DNA of 64,000 nucleotides from Capsulimonadaceae bacterium (GTDB lineage Bacteria > Armatimonadota > Armatimonadia > Armatimonadales > Capsulimonadaceae): positions 5,120,001-5,184,000 of the forward strand of contig OZ244065.1 of assembly GCA_965215505.1 (NCBI GenBank), given 5' to 3'. Shown in pieces: positions 19,771-29,429 of this stretch. The number at the start of each line of letters is the position of its first letter. Position 1 is the stretch's first letter. The position numbers were made by a program, and so were the translations under genes. A model generated the notes under the pieces. It had not been told where the DNA came from. It worked only from the letters and a program-made list of their open reading frames with translations, and did not search any database.

Positions 19771-20412
19771 CTAATCAATGTCCCAAATGCCTGTGCGGGT
19801 TTGGCAATGCAGGCACTGGAATGCGACGATGTTCTCCCCGAAGCGAGGCCCCTGGTCTTCAGGCCAGCGGCTGTGGAGGAACGAGTCGACCATGTCGAGG
19901 AACAGCGGACGCCCCAACCCTTCGGGCGAAGCCGCAGCAAAATCTTCCGGCCCCCAGATGCCCAGATAGGCCATAAAATCGTTACAATGCCCCGGCCAGA
20001 TGACCTCCTGCCACGTTGAGAAACTCGGCGTCCGCCGCAGTTCGGCGATGGCCTCGTCCGCGATGCGGAGCCTCGGCGGATGGATATGCGGCGCACTGTC
20101 CGCGACCGCCCCGCCATCACTTGCTACCACAAACACCCGCTTCGGGGAGTCGTCCTGCTCATCGTAGGAGATAAGGCCTTCCTCTGTGATCAGCCCTACC
20201 TCGGTGCCGTGCATGAAACCGAAGCGGTCCCGGCGCAAGCACTCATAGCAGCCGATTATGCCCCTACGCTCCTCTTCGCTCAGTTCTGCGCTGATGAGGT
20301 CGTCAAGGGCGAAACAGCGGCCCGACTGACCGCAGAGGGAACAAACGCGGTTGCCAGGCAGGAAACCCATCTCCGCCTCGGGCGCGCGGAAGTAGCGGAA
20401 CTCAATCGGCAT
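19771..20412 (-). CDS. CbrC/UPF0167-family protein
   Basis: FRYF, CSLC, CYEC, ELRRTPSFSTWQE, HCNDFMAYLG, FQCLHC. Confidence 0.8.
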   Translation of the reverse strand: MPIEFRYFRAPEAEMGFLPGNRVCSLCGQSGRCFALDDLISAELSEEERRGIIGCYECLRRDRFGFMHGTEVGLITEEGLISYDEQDDSPKRVFVVASDGGAVADSAPHIHPPRLRIADEAIAELRRTPSFSTWQEVIWPGHCNDFMAYLGIWGPEDFAAASPEGLGRPLFLDMVDSFLHSRWPEDQGPRFGENIVAFQCLHCQTRTGIWDID

Positions 20413-20413
20413 A

Positions 20414-21268
20414 TCAGACCTCGGCACGTCGGAAGACCAGGGCGACCCATTCTGTCTGCCGCCGGGTTTCCCCATGCGTCAATCCGATGCCCTCCAAGGC
20501 CCGCCGCACGTCGGCCTCGCGGGTGTCGATGATGCCGGAGGCGATGAGGACGCCGCCGGGCGCGAGCAGTGTGTTCAGCTCGGCGGACAGGCCGATGATG
20601 ACGTCGGCCAGGATGTTGGCGACCACCACATCATACTCGCCCGTCGGCAAGGCGTCCGTGACCTCGACGGCAACGCCGTTGGCGGCGGCGTTCTCGCGGG
20701 CGATTCGGACGGCCAGCGGGTCATTATCGTTGGCCGCGACGAACGACGCACCTAATTTGGCGGCGGCGATGGCGAGGATGCCCGACCCGGTGCCGATGTC
20801 GGCGACGCGGGCACTCGGCGTGACGTAGTCTTCCAGGGCGACGAGGCAGAGCTGCGTGGTGGGGTGGCTGCCGGTCCCGAAGGCCATGCCGGGGTCTATG
20901 ACCAGGGGGATGTCGTCGGGAGCCAGTTCGGGGTGTTCCCAGGGCGGCGTCACCAAGAGGCGGCGGCCCACCCGGAAGGGCTTGTAGAACTCCTTCCAGG
21001 CGTTCGCCCAATCGGCCTCTTCCACATAGCGCAGGGTCAGGTCCGTGCCTGCGCCCGTGACGCCGAAGCCCGGCAGCGCGGCCAGGGCATCTTTGAGCGA
21101 CCCCAGGCGGTCTTCCAGCCGGTCATCCACGGGCAGGTAGCCCGCCACGGCGGGCGGCAGCGCGGCCTCGCGCACTTCGAAACCGCCGCACCCGGCGGCA
21201 TACAGGGCCGCGCCTACCGCGTCGGTGGCCTCCGGCCCCGCGTCTATGATGATCTCCGCCCAGCGCAT
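20414..21268 (-). CDS. prmA: Ribosomal protein L11 methyltransferase PrmA
   Basis: DWANAWKEFY, IDPGMAFGTGSHPTT, DIGTGSGILAI, ANILA. Confidence 0.96.
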   Translation of the reverse strand: MRWAEIIIDAGPEATDAVGAALYAAGCGGFEVREAALPPAVAGYLPVDDRLEDRLGSLKDALAALPGFGVTGAGTDLTLRYVEEADWANAWKEFYKPFRVGRRLLVTPPWEHPELAPDDIPLVIDPGMAFGTGSHPTTQLCLVALEDYVTPSARVADIGTGSGILAIAAAKLGASFVAANDNDPLAVRIARENAAANGVAVEVTDALPTGEYDVVVANILADVIIGLSAELNTLLAPGGVLIASGIIDTREADVRRALEGIGLTHGETRRQTEWVALVFRRAEV

Positions 21269-21289
21269 CTATGCCTGCTTAATCGCCAT

Positions 21290-22426
21290 TCACTTGTGCG
21301 AGAACGCGCCTTTGACCTTGCCCAGCAGGCCCCGCTCGTCGGCGTGGATCGTCTCGCCCGAGGCGACCGCCAGCTCCCGGACCAGGCGGCGCTGCTCTTC
21401 GGTGAGCTTCTGCGGCACCTTCACCTTGATGCTGACGATCTGGTCGCCGCGCTCCGGGCTGCGCGAGTTGACGTCCGGGAACCCCTTGCCGCGCAGGCGA
21501 AAGGTCGCCCCCGGCTGCGTCCCCTCGGGGATGGTCAGCTTTTCTATCCCGCCCAGGACCGGCACTTCGAATGTATCCCCCAAAGTCGCCTGGGCGAAGG
21601 AGACAGGGGCCTCATGCACCACGTCCATGCCGCGCCGCGTGAAGTGCGGGTGCGGCTGGACATAGATGATGACGTACAGGTCGCCGCGCCCGCCGCCGCG
21701 CAGGCCCGCGTCGCCCTGGCTTGGGTCCACGAGCCGCGTCCCCGAGTCCACCCCGGCGGGGATGTCAACGGTATGCTCCACGGTCTGGCGCAGCCGGCCC
21801 TGGCCCCGGCAGGTGGAACAGGGGTCGGTGATGACCCGGCCCGACCCGCCGCAGCGAGCGCAGGGCGCGAGTGTGGCGAACGACCCCAGGATGGTGTTCT
21901 GGATGTGCCGCACCTGGCCCGTGCCCGAGCAGGCGGAGCAGGTCTGCGGAGAGCTGCCCATCTTGGAGCCGCTGCCGTTACAGGTCCCGCAGCCCTCCAT
22001 CCGCGAAAGCCGGAGCGACTTGGGGACGCCGAAAGCCGCTTCCTCCAGGGTGATCTCCAGGTCGTAACGCAGGTCCGTCCCCTGCGCCGCCTGCTGCCGG
22101 GCGCGCTCGCCGGAGGAGCGCCCGCCCCCCCCCGCGCCGCCTGCGCCGAAGAACATATCGAAGATGTCGCCGAAGCCGTCCCCGCCCCCCATGCCCGAGG
22201 CCGGCCCGTCATGCCCGTACTGGTCGTACAGGGGCCGCTTCTCCGCAGACGAAAGGACCTCGTGCGCCTCGTTCAGCTCCTTGAACTTCTCTTCGGCACT
22301 CTTGTCGCCGGGGTTCACGTCCGGGTGGTACTTGGCCGCCAGCTTCCGGTAGGCCGAGCGGACCTCGGAGACGGACGCCGTCCGCGTGACACCCAGGACT
22401 TCGTAATAATCACGTTTGTTAGCCAT
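21290..22426 (-). CDS. dnaJ: Chaperone DnaJ
   Basis: J-domain with HPD, G/F-rich region, four CxxCxGxG repeats. Confidence 0.97.
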   Translation of the reverse strand: MANKRDYYEVLGVTRTASVSEVRSAYRKLAAKYHPDVNPGDKSAEEKFKELNEAHEVLSSAEKRPLYDQYGHDGPASGMGGGDGFGDIFDMFFGAGGAGGGGRSSGERARQQAAQGTDLRYDLEITLEEAAFGVPKSLRLSRMEGCGTCNGSGSKMGSSPQTCSACSGTGQVRHIQNTILGSFATLAPCARCGGSGRVITDPCSTCRGQGRLRQTVEHTVDIPAGVDSGTRLVDPSQGDAGLRGGGRGDLYVIIYVQPHPHFTRRGMDVVHEAPVSFAQATLGDTFEVPVLGGIEKLTIPEGTQPGATFRLRGKGFPDVNSRSPERGDQIVSIKVKVPQKLTEEQRRLVRELAVASGETIHADERGLLGKVKGAFSHK

Positions 22427-22604
22427 AGACTGATGTTGAACCGGTTACCATAAATCGTTAGTGAGAGTGACAAACAGTGGGGCCGAACGCCCCCACTCCG
22501 GGAACAACACCGAAGAACGGGTGCTGGTTTCCAGGAGGGCATTCGACCCCGCAGAACTCGCCGATGAGCTTGCTGATTTGGTGCGCTTGCTGACCTCGGA
22601 GAAG

Positions 22605-24545
22605 CTACACGTCGCGGAAGTCGCCCGCGCCGGACGCCTCGCCTTCCTTCAACAGCGAGTCCATGTCAATGCGGTTCTCGGCGTCCGGGTCGAAGCCGCT
22701 CGCCCCGACCGACGTCTCCGGGCCGGGGTCGTCCATTGCCGTCACTTTGCTCAGGTCCGGCGGCGGGGCGGCGGGGGCGCTGTTGCCGTTCCCGTTGCCG
22801 TTCTGGCGCGACTTCGCCTCGTAATAGGCGCTGCTGAGTGGCTGGATGGCCGCGTTCAGGTCTTCCATGCCGTTGCGCGCCCCGGCCGTATCGTAGGCGT
22901 TGATGGCGGCCGTCAGCCGCGCCGCCGCCGAGTTGACTCCTTCGATCAGGCTCTGCGAGACCAGGCCGCGGGCGTCGGCGGCGATCCGCATGGCCGAGTA
23001 GATCTGCTGGTCGGCCTTGTTCTTGATCTCCTGCTCCTCGCGCCGCTTCTCGTCCGCCTTGCGGTACTGGTCAGCCTCGTGGACCATGCGCGTCACTTCG
23101 GACTGGCCCAGGCCGCTGGAGGCGGTGATGACGACCTTCTGCGTGTTGCCGGTCGCCATGTCCTTGGCGGAGACGTTGACGATGCCGTTCTGGTCGATGT
23201 CGAACGTGACCTCGATGCGGGGCAGCCCGCGCGGGGCGGGGACGATGCCGTTGAGCTGGAACTTGCCCAGCGTCTTGTTGTCCACGGCGAAATCGCGCTC
23301 GCCTTGCAGGACGTGGATGTCCACGGCGGATTGGTTGTCTACGGCCGTCGTATACACCTGCGAGGCCGAAGTCGGGATGGTGGTGTTCCGCTCGATCAGC
23401 TTGGTGAAGACGCCGCCCTGCGTCTCGATCCCCATCGAGAGCGGCGTGACGTCCAGGAGGACGACGCTGGTGACCTGGCCGCCGAGGATGCCCGCCTGGA
23501 TGGCCGCGCCCTGGGCGACGATCTCGTCCGGGTTGACCCCCTTGTGCGGCTCCTGGCCGAACATGGTGCGGACGCGCTCCTGGACGACCGGCATGCGGGT
23601 CATGCCTCCGACGAGCAGCACCTTCTGGATCTCTTTCGGGTCGAGTTTGGCGTCGCTCAGGGCCTGCATGGTCGGCCCGATCATGCGCTCGATCAGGTCC
23701 TGGGTCATCTCCTCGAGCTGGGCGCGCGACAGGGTCAGCTCCAGGTGGGCCGGGCCTTCGGGCGTGGAGGAAATGAAGGGGAGGTTGATCGAGGCCGTCA
23801 TCAGCATGGACAGCTCGATCTTGGCCTTCTCGGCGGCTTCCTTCAGGCGCTGCATCGCCATCCGGTCCTTGGTCAGATCGATGCCGGTTTCTTTTTTGAA
23901 CTCGGCCGTCATCCAGTCGATGATGCGGATGTCCCAGTCGTCGCCGCCCAGGTGGGTGTCGCCCGAGGTCGCCCGCACTTCGAAGACGCCGTTGTCGAGT
24001 TCCAGGATGGAGACGTCGAAAGTGCCGCCGCCGAGGTCCCAGACCAGGACCGTCTGCTCGCCGGTCTTGTCCTGCCCGTAGGCCAGGGCCGCCGCCGTCG
24101 GCTCGTTGACGATCCGGACGACTTCGAGGCCGGCGATCTTCCCAGCCTGCTTGGTGGCCTCGCGCTGGGCGTTGGAGAAGTAGGCGGGGACCGTAATGAC
24201 TGCCTCGGTGACCGGCTCCCCCAGGAAGCCCTCGGCGTCCGCGCGCAGCTTCGTCAGGATCATCGCCGAGATCTCCTCGGGCGAGAATTCCTTGCCGTCG
24301 ATGGATACCTTGTAACGGGTGCCCATCTGCCGCTTGATGGACGCGATCGTCCGGTCGGGATTCGTGATGGCCTGCCGCTTGGCGAGCTGCCCCACCAGGC
24401 GTTCGCCCGTCTTGGAGAAGCCGACGACCGAGGGGCACAGGCGGCTGCCCTCGGCCAGCGTGATGACGACCGGCACCCCGGCCTCGTCGATGGCGGCTAC
24501 GACGGAGTTGGTCGTCCCCAGGTCAATCCCCACTGATTTTGGCAT
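22605..24545 (-). CDS. dnaK: Chaperone DnaK (Hsp70)
   Basis: [39 protein letters not shown]. Confidence 0.97.
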   Translation of the reverse strand: MPKSVGIDLGTTNSVVAAIDEAGVPVVITLAEGSRLCPSVVGFSKTGERLVGQLAKRQAITNPDRTIASIKRQMGTRYKVSIDGKEFSPEEISAMILTKLRADAEGFLGEPVTEAVITVPAYFSNAQREATKQAGKIAGLEVVRIVNEPTAAALAYGQDKTGEQTVLVWDLGGGTFDVSILELDNGVFEVRATSGDTHLGGDDWDIRIIDWMTAEFKKETGIDLTKDRMAMQRLKEAAEKAKIELSMLMTASINLPFISSTPEGPAHLELTLSRAQLEEMTQDLIERMIGPTMQALSDAKLDPKEIQKVLLVGGMTRMPVVQERVRTMFGQEPHKGVNPDEIVAQGAAIQAGILGGQVTSVVLLDVTPLSMGIETQGGVFTKLIERNTTIPTSASQVYTTAVDNQSAVDIHVLQGERDFAVDNKTLGKFQLNGIVPAPRGLPRIEVTFDIDQNGIVNVSAKDMATGNTQKVVITASSGLGQSEVTRMVHEADQYRKADEKRREEQEIKNKADQQIYSAMRIAADARGLVSQSLIEGVNSAAARLTAAINAYDTAGARNGMEDLNAAIQPLSSAYYEAKSRQNGNGNGNSAPAAPPPDLSKVTAMDDPGPETSVGASGFDPDAENRIDMDSLLKEGEASGAGDFRDV

Positions 24546-24554
24546 GTCGTTTTC

Positions 24555-24860
24555 CTATGCGCCTTCGGCGTCGTTGTCGCCAGGCTCCTCCATGGTTGGT
24601 TTTTCCGTCGTCAGTGCCGCCGCCGGAGTGGCGCCCGCGCCGGGCGCGGCCTGGGGCACGATGTCCGCGTCCACCTCGGTCGCGGTGACCTTCCCCGCCG
24701 CGATCTCTTCGAGCGCGATGGTGAGCGGGTTGGTGGACGTGGTTTCGATCAGGACCGGCGCCCCCTCTTTGATCTGCTTGGCGCGCTTGGCGGACAGCAC
24801 GACGAGCGAGTAGCGGCTTTTGACCTTGTCTTCGATGGTGTCTGCGGATGGATAAATCAA
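24555..24860 (-). CDS. rpoZ: RNA polymerase omega subunit
   Basis: SRYSLVVLSAKRAKQI...NPLTIALEEIAAGK. Confidence 0.92.
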   Translation of the reverse strand: MIYPSADTIEDKVKSRYSLVVLSAKRAKQIKEGAPVLIETTSTNPLTIALEEIAAGKVTATEVDADIVPQAAPGAGATPAAALTTEKPTMEEPGDNDAEGA

Positions 24861-24914
24861 GAATGCATGGTCCTTTGTGTGTTCCCCGAATGAAAGCTTC
24901 TTAATAAAAGTTTC

Positions 24915-25286
24915 TTATCCCTGAGCGTCCGCCCGGTCCGTGTCTGCCCTGGATTCGGGTCCGCCGGCCTCTGGTTCCTGTGCCGGCCCCAGCCCTTCCA
25001 TCTCCAGGATCAGCCTGACGCCGTTCATGTTGACCCCGCGCTCTTCCGTCAGGTAGCGGATGCGCGCCAGCAGCGCGATATCTCGGTCCGAGTAGAGTCG
25101 CCGGTCCTTGGCGGTGCGCTGCGGACGGACGATCCCTTCCTTGTCCAGCACGCGCAGGGTCCAGGAGGGAAGCCCGGCCAGCTTCGCGGCGATGCTGATG
25201 ACATAGACGGGTTCGTCCGGCGCCGCCGCCCACGCGGGCGTCCCCGGCGGCAGGCCCCCCGCCGCATCCTGTTGCCCGGCAGACAT
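24915..25286 (-). CDS. hspR: MerR-family heat-shock repressor, HspR-like
   Basis: PVYVISIAAKLAG, TLR, RRLYSDRDI, GVNMNGVRLILE; first gene of the dnaK operon. Confidence 0.8.
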   Translation of the reverse strand: MSAGQQDAAGGLPPGTPAWAAAPDEPVYVISIAAKLAGLPSWTLRVLDKEGIVRPQRTAKDRRLYSDRDIALLARIRYLTEERGVNMNGVRLILEMEGLGPAQEPEAGGPESRADTDRADAQG

Positions 25287-25368
25287 GGCCTGAACCCCTT
25301 GACGACTCCCCCATGAACCTTCTGCGGCCTGACGTGGGTACGGGCCTTATACTTACATCTTCACTTAC

Positions 25369-25397
25369 ATTATAGTCTTTTACCTCTGGTTCGTCAA
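25369..25397 (-). promoter_or_regulatory. Strong sigma70 promoter of the hspR-dnaK operon
   Basis: TTGACG-17 nt-TATAAT on the minus strand. Confidence 0.8.
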
Positions 25398-25497
25398 GCA
25401 CTGTTTGCGGGACACGGAAAATACCCAAAAAACACCGGCATCGGAGCCGGCGGGATGCCCTGAATCGGTGCCTCGCCGTTTCAGGTATACTACCCAC

Positions 25498-26298
25498 ATG
25501 TCGCCTCGCGCCCGCAAATCGCTCCCGTTCGCCGGGGTCGCCGCCGTTCTCGCCCTCGGCCTGGCCGGCTGGGCGCTGGACCCGCACCGCAAAGTGCCGC
25601 TGCGGAAGGTCTTCAGCCCCGTCGAATGGGTGCGCCACTGGAAGGGCATTGACCACTACGATCCCGGTCAGGCCCTGCTCCAGGAGGGCGACCCCTCCGT
25701 CCGCGAGGTCGCCCTGACCTTCGACGACGGCCCGGACCCGCGCTATGGCCCCGCCGTCGCTGCCATCCTGAAACAGAAAAACGTCCCCGCAACCTTCTTC
25801 CTGGTCGGCCTGCGGGTCAAGCAGTACCCCGGCGTCGCCAAACTGCTGGCCGATGACGGCTTCGAGCTGGCGAACCACACCTATAACCACCAGAGCCTGC
25901 CCGCCCTGAAGCCCCACGAGATCGCGAACGAGCTGCGCCTGTGTGACGCCGACATCGCGCAGGCGACGGGGCACCACACGGCCCTGATGCGCCCGCCCGG
26001 CGTCCAGTACAACGACAAGGTGCTGGGCGTCGCTAAGTCGCTGGGCTACGTCACCATCTCCTGGACCGTCGGCGCGAAAGACTACGACAAGGGCACGACG
26101 GCCGACTTCATCCGGGAGCGCGTGCTGGACCGGACCGCCCCCGGCGCGATCATCCTGCTGCACCAGGATACACCCGCGACGGTTTCGGCCCTCCCCGCCA
26201 TCATTGACGGCCTGCGCGCACAAGGCTACCGCTTCGTCACCGTCAGCCAGATGCTGGACCGGATGGGCGCGCGGCGGCCGGACGCTCCTGGGAAGTAA
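25498..26298 (+). CDS. Polysaccharide deacetylase (CE4/NodB)
   Basis: LTFDDGP, NHTYNH, RPP, IILLH; N-terminal anchor. TATACT lies 6 nt before the ATG (leaderless-like). Confidence 0.92.
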   Translation: MSPRARKSLPFAGVAAVLALGLAGWALDPHRKVPLRKVFSPVEWVRHWKGIDHYDPGQALLQEGDPSVREVALTFDDGPDPRYGPAVAAILKQKNVPATFFLVGLRVKQYPGVAKLLADDGFELANHTYNHQSLPALKPHEIANELRLCDADIAQATGHHTALMRPPGVQYNDKVLGVAKSLGYVTISWTVGAKDYDKGTTADFIRERVLDRTAPGAIILLHQDTPATVSALPAIIDGLRAQGYRFVTVSQMLDRMGARRPDAPGK

Positions 26299-26384
26299 GT
26301 TCGGGCCGTACCAGTCATGGCATGGTCCCGCGACAAGATAGATGTTGGGCTTCTTTACATGGGACATCACAGGAGTGGTCATTT

Positions 26385-26774
26385 ATGGGCTTGAACACAA
26401 ACTTCTTCGGATCGTTTGCTCTTGACCGCCCGTTGACGGCTGAACACAAAGCCATCCTTGAGGATTTCGCTGAGGAGGAACACGCAGACGAGGATGGGCA
26501 CCCTGGCGGCAGCGGTAAGCCGCCGGCAGTGTACTGCCAGTGGATACCTACCGAGGATGGAGGCGGTCTGGAATGGGACGGCGTAGAGAAGTTCTACTAC
26601 TACACGGAATGGCTTGAGTACCTGATCTCGCACTTCTTGACGCCTTGGGGCTATGTCCTGAACGGTACGGTGCGGTTCATGGGCATCACCGAGGGCATCG
26701 AGGGTACGATCTCTGTCCAAGACAGTAAGGTCGTCATGATTTGCAATGAAAGCATCTACCGGGATACGGCTTGA
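26385..26774 (+). CDS. Hypothetical protein
   Basis: AGGAG RBS; MGLNTNFFG...YCQWIP...WDGVEKFYYYTEWLEYLI...GYVLNG. Confidence 0.7.
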   Translation: MGLNTNFFGSFALDRPLTAEHKAILEDFAEEEHADEDGHPGGSGKPPAVYCQWIPTEDGGGLEWDGVEKFYYYTEWLEYLISHFLTPWGYVLNGTVRFMGITEGIEGTISVQDSKVVMICNESIYRDTA

Positions 26775-26801
26775 CAGTGGGCCGCCCCCAGTGTCGCGCG
26801 A

Positions 26802-27746
26802 CTACGATGTCATCTCCAGATAGCTCTCGTACCGGCGGCGGTCTATCGCGCCCTCCTCCACGGCGGCGCGGACGGCGCAGCTCAGTTCCGTGTGGTGGCG
26901 GCAGCCTGCGAACCGGCACTCGCCGAGGTACGGCTCGAATTCCGGGTAGCAGTACTGGATCTCCCCCTTCTCCACCTCCCAGAAGTCCACTTGGCGCAGG
27001 CCCGGCGTGTCCGCCACCCAGCCCCCGCCGTCCAGCGGCAGAAGCTCGGCGGTCGTGGTCGTGTGGCGGCCACTCAGCATGGCATTGTCGATGTCGCCCG
27101 TCTTGAGCTGGAGGCCCGGCTGGATGGCGTTTAGCAGGCTGCTTTTGCCCACACCCGACGGACCCGCCACGGCGGAGATGCGCCCCGCCATGGCCGCCCG
27201 GACGGCGTCTATGCCCTCGCCGGTCTTGGCGCTGACCCAGAAGACCGGGTAGCCGGCCTTCTCGTAGACACCCACCTGCGACTCGACTTGGGGCCGGTCT
27301 TCATCGGTCAGTTGGTCTATCTTGTTGACGATCAGGCGTGGCGGGATGTCGGCGGCCTCGGCCAGCACCAGGAACCGGTCGAGCAGCCAGAAGTTCGGCG
27401 GCGGGGAGGCGGCGGCGATGAAGAGAAATGCCTGGTCGAGATTCGCCACCAATGTGTGCTGGCCGCGCCCCGAGGGCGAGTCGCGCGAAAGCTCGGAGTG
27501 GCGCGGCAGGGTCTCGACGATCAGTGCCAGGTCGGCGTCCACCTTGACCCGGTCGCCCACCGTCAGCGGGTCCGTCGAGCGGCGCTTGTTGGCCTTCTCC
27601 ACCCGGCGGGGGTTGCTCCCCGAGGTGAAGTAGACCAGTTCTTTTTTCAGGTTCCCGCGCAGCTTGCAGGCGACCACGCCGTCCGCGTCGGTCTGGACGT
27701 AGTAGTTGCCGCTGTGGGTGCGGAAAACGGTGCCTTCAATGATCAA
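26802..27746 (-). CDS. rsgA: Ribosome small subunit-dependent GTPase RsgA
   Basis: NKID, GPSGVGKSSL, GRHTTT, DTPG, C-terminal CxFxxCxH zinc site. Confidence 0.95.
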   Translation of the reverse strand: MIIEGTVFRTHSGNYYVQTDADGVVACKLRGNLKKELVYFTSGSNPRRVEKANKRRSTDPLTVGDRVKVDADLALIVETLPRHSELSRDSPSGRGQHTLVANLDQAFLFIAAASPPPNFWLLDRFLVLAEAADIPPRLIVNKIDQLTDEDRPQVESQVGVYEKAGYPVFWVSAKTGEGIDAVRAAMAGRISAVAGPSGVGKSSLLNAIQPGLQLKTGDIDNAMLSGRHTTTTAELLPLDGGGWVADTPGLRQVDFWEVEKGEIQYCYPEFEPYLGECRFAGCRHHTELSCAVRAAVEEGAIDRRRYESYLEMTS

Positions 27747-28309
27747 ACGAGGTTTCCTTCTACGGATGGGTCGCCGCAGTCAGCGGCGCGCGTGCCGCTG
27801 ACTGCGTAGCTCTCGGCGGACTGCTCGGACTCGCGCCAGCTCGGCCGGAACGTCTGGCCCTGCTCCTTGCGCCGCCAGTGGTAGACGTGATGCCCGACCT
27901 CGTGCAGCAGGACGTGTTCCAGGATGAACCGTTTGAGGTCGGCGGCGCTCCACCGACAGACGTATCGCCCGCCTATCTTGTCAACCTCCATGCCGAACTC
28001 CCGTTCAACCGCCAGTCCTACCTCAATGTGGACGCGCTTCGTTGTCATCGGCTGCCGGTAGGTGTAAGTGTCCGGGTAGGAGTAGAGGCGAATGGTCGGC
28101 CTTTCGGAGAAGCAGTAGCGGCCATTCGCCGAGCAGTCTTTCCGGGTCGCTGCCGCCAGGCCGACGGCCCACAGCCCCAACAGGTCGACTTCCGGCAGGA
28201 GCGTCAAGCGGTTTCGGATGTCCCCCAGCGAGCAGGGGTACACCCAGCCCGCACAGATCGGTTCCTCAAACAGCCTCGCCATGTGCCTTCCATCCCGGCG
28301 CTCATCCAA
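27743..28309 (-). CDS. Hypothetical zincin-like protein
   Basis: VLLHEVGHH (HExxH) followed by E..AE.YA; overlaps both neighbours. Confidence 0.6.
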   Translation of the reverse strand: MDERRDGRHMARLFEEPICAGWVYPCSLGDIRNRLTLLPEVDLLGLWAVGLAAATRKDCSANGRYCFSERPTIRLYSYPDTYTYRQPMTTKRVHIEVGLAVEREFGMEVDKIGGRYVCRWSAADLKRFILEHVLLHEVGHHVYHWRRKEQGQTFRPSWRESEQSAESYAVSGTRAADCGDPSVEGNLV

Positions 28310-29054
28310 CGGCCCGCGCCACGATCAACTGCTTCTGCGAGGCACCCGTGAACGGCAACAGGTCGTAGCCGCCGTACTTCTCTTCAATAACAAACCCGGC
28401 GTGAGACAGCAGGGCGTCGAGTTCCTGCGGGAAGTATACCCGCATCGGCAGGTCGGATACCGTTTCATGCCCATCCGCGAAGCGCCAGAACCAGCGGAGG
28501 TGGTTGATCTGCGTGGCCGCATCATAGGTGGCTGTCTCAGTCACGACCACAGGCTCGCCCGTATCCGGGTGCAGGAGTTCGCCTGCCGGGGAGCGGATAT
28601 CAGGGTCGCGCGTCAGCAGGGCCAGGGACGGGTTGAAGTAGTCCAGCGCGAACCGCCCGCCGTCCATGAGGTGCCGCTTGATACACGCCAGGCAATCCGA
28701 AAAGTCCTGCCAGGTCAGAAGGTGCGCGACGGAGTTGTTCGGCAGGAAGATAAACGAGAAAGGCCGGCCCAGCGTGAAGTCGGCGGCGTCGCCCAGATGC
28801 CAGGGGATTTTCAGGCCGTGTGCGTCCGCCTTCGCGCGGGCCAGCGCAAGCATGGGCGCGGAGATATCCAGGCCCTCGATGTCTACGCCCGCTTCGGCCA
28901 GCGGGATAGTCAGCCGCCCGCTGCCGCAGGCCAGTTCCAGGACGGGGCCGCCGTGCCTGCTACACTGTTCGCGCCAGTACGCAAGGTCGCTGCCGCCGAA
29001 GTGCTGCGCGCCCAGCGCGTCGTAGATCCGCGCGTCTTCATAGATGTCTGCCAT
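28302..29054 (-). CDS. Class I SAM-dependent methyltransferase
   Basis: VLELACGSGR, GLDISAPML. Confidence 0.9.
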   Translation of the reverse strand: MADIYEDARIYDALGAQHFGGSDLAYWREQCSRHGGPVLELACGSGRLTIPLAEAGVDIEGLDISAPMLALARAKADAHGLKIPWHLGDAADFTLGRPFSFIFLPNNSVAHLLTWQDFSDCLACIKRHLMDGGRFALDYFNPSLALLTRDPDIRSPAGELLHPDTGEPVVVTETATYDAATQINHLRWFWRFADGHETVSDLPMRVYFPQELDALLSHAGFVIEEKYGGYDLLPFTGASQKQLIVARAVG

Positions 29055-29129
29055 GCCGTCTTCGCCGCCTTTGATGCCGCCCTTTTATCGCCCCCAGTTC
29101 GCGTGGCGCTAAAGAAGTTCCTCCCACCA

Positions 29130-29159
29130 TTGTAGTTTATATAAAATATGTGGTATACT
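29130..29159 (+). promoter_or_regulatory. Extended -10 promoter upstream of the helicase
   Basis: TTGTAG-18 nt-TATACT with TGn, in an AT-rich island. Confidence 0.6.
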
Positions 29160-29429
29160 GACGGCAACAGTTTCAATGGTTCCGCTTGTTCTCGTTCTTT
29201 TGCGCCCCCGGTCTTGTCATACACGGCCAAAGACCCTCGCTGTTTTTAGCGTACTTTTCGAGAAAGTGCCGATGTCCGCCGAGTTCCTCGCAGACCTTCT
29301 GCCGGAACTTCCTGGATGACCTCTGCGCGTGAGTGGAAACTTGGAATGCGCCGCCTGTGACGGATCAATCGTGATCAGACAGACGGGCGGCATCCCTCCA
29401 CAACCCCGGAGGAAGAAAAGGAAGAAAAC

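Noticed and set aside
22427-22604. ncRNA in the dnaK-dnaJ spacer
   Set aside because: Only a terminator-like hairpin (AGTGGGG...CCCCACT) is evident; no recognisable RNA family.
22461-24536. 691-aa ORF antisense to dnaK
   Set aside because: A known kind of antisense open frame caused by Hsp70 codon bias; no independent evidence.
26385-26774. Prophage remnant
   Set aside because: A single hypothetical gene with no integrase, att site or structural genes nearby.
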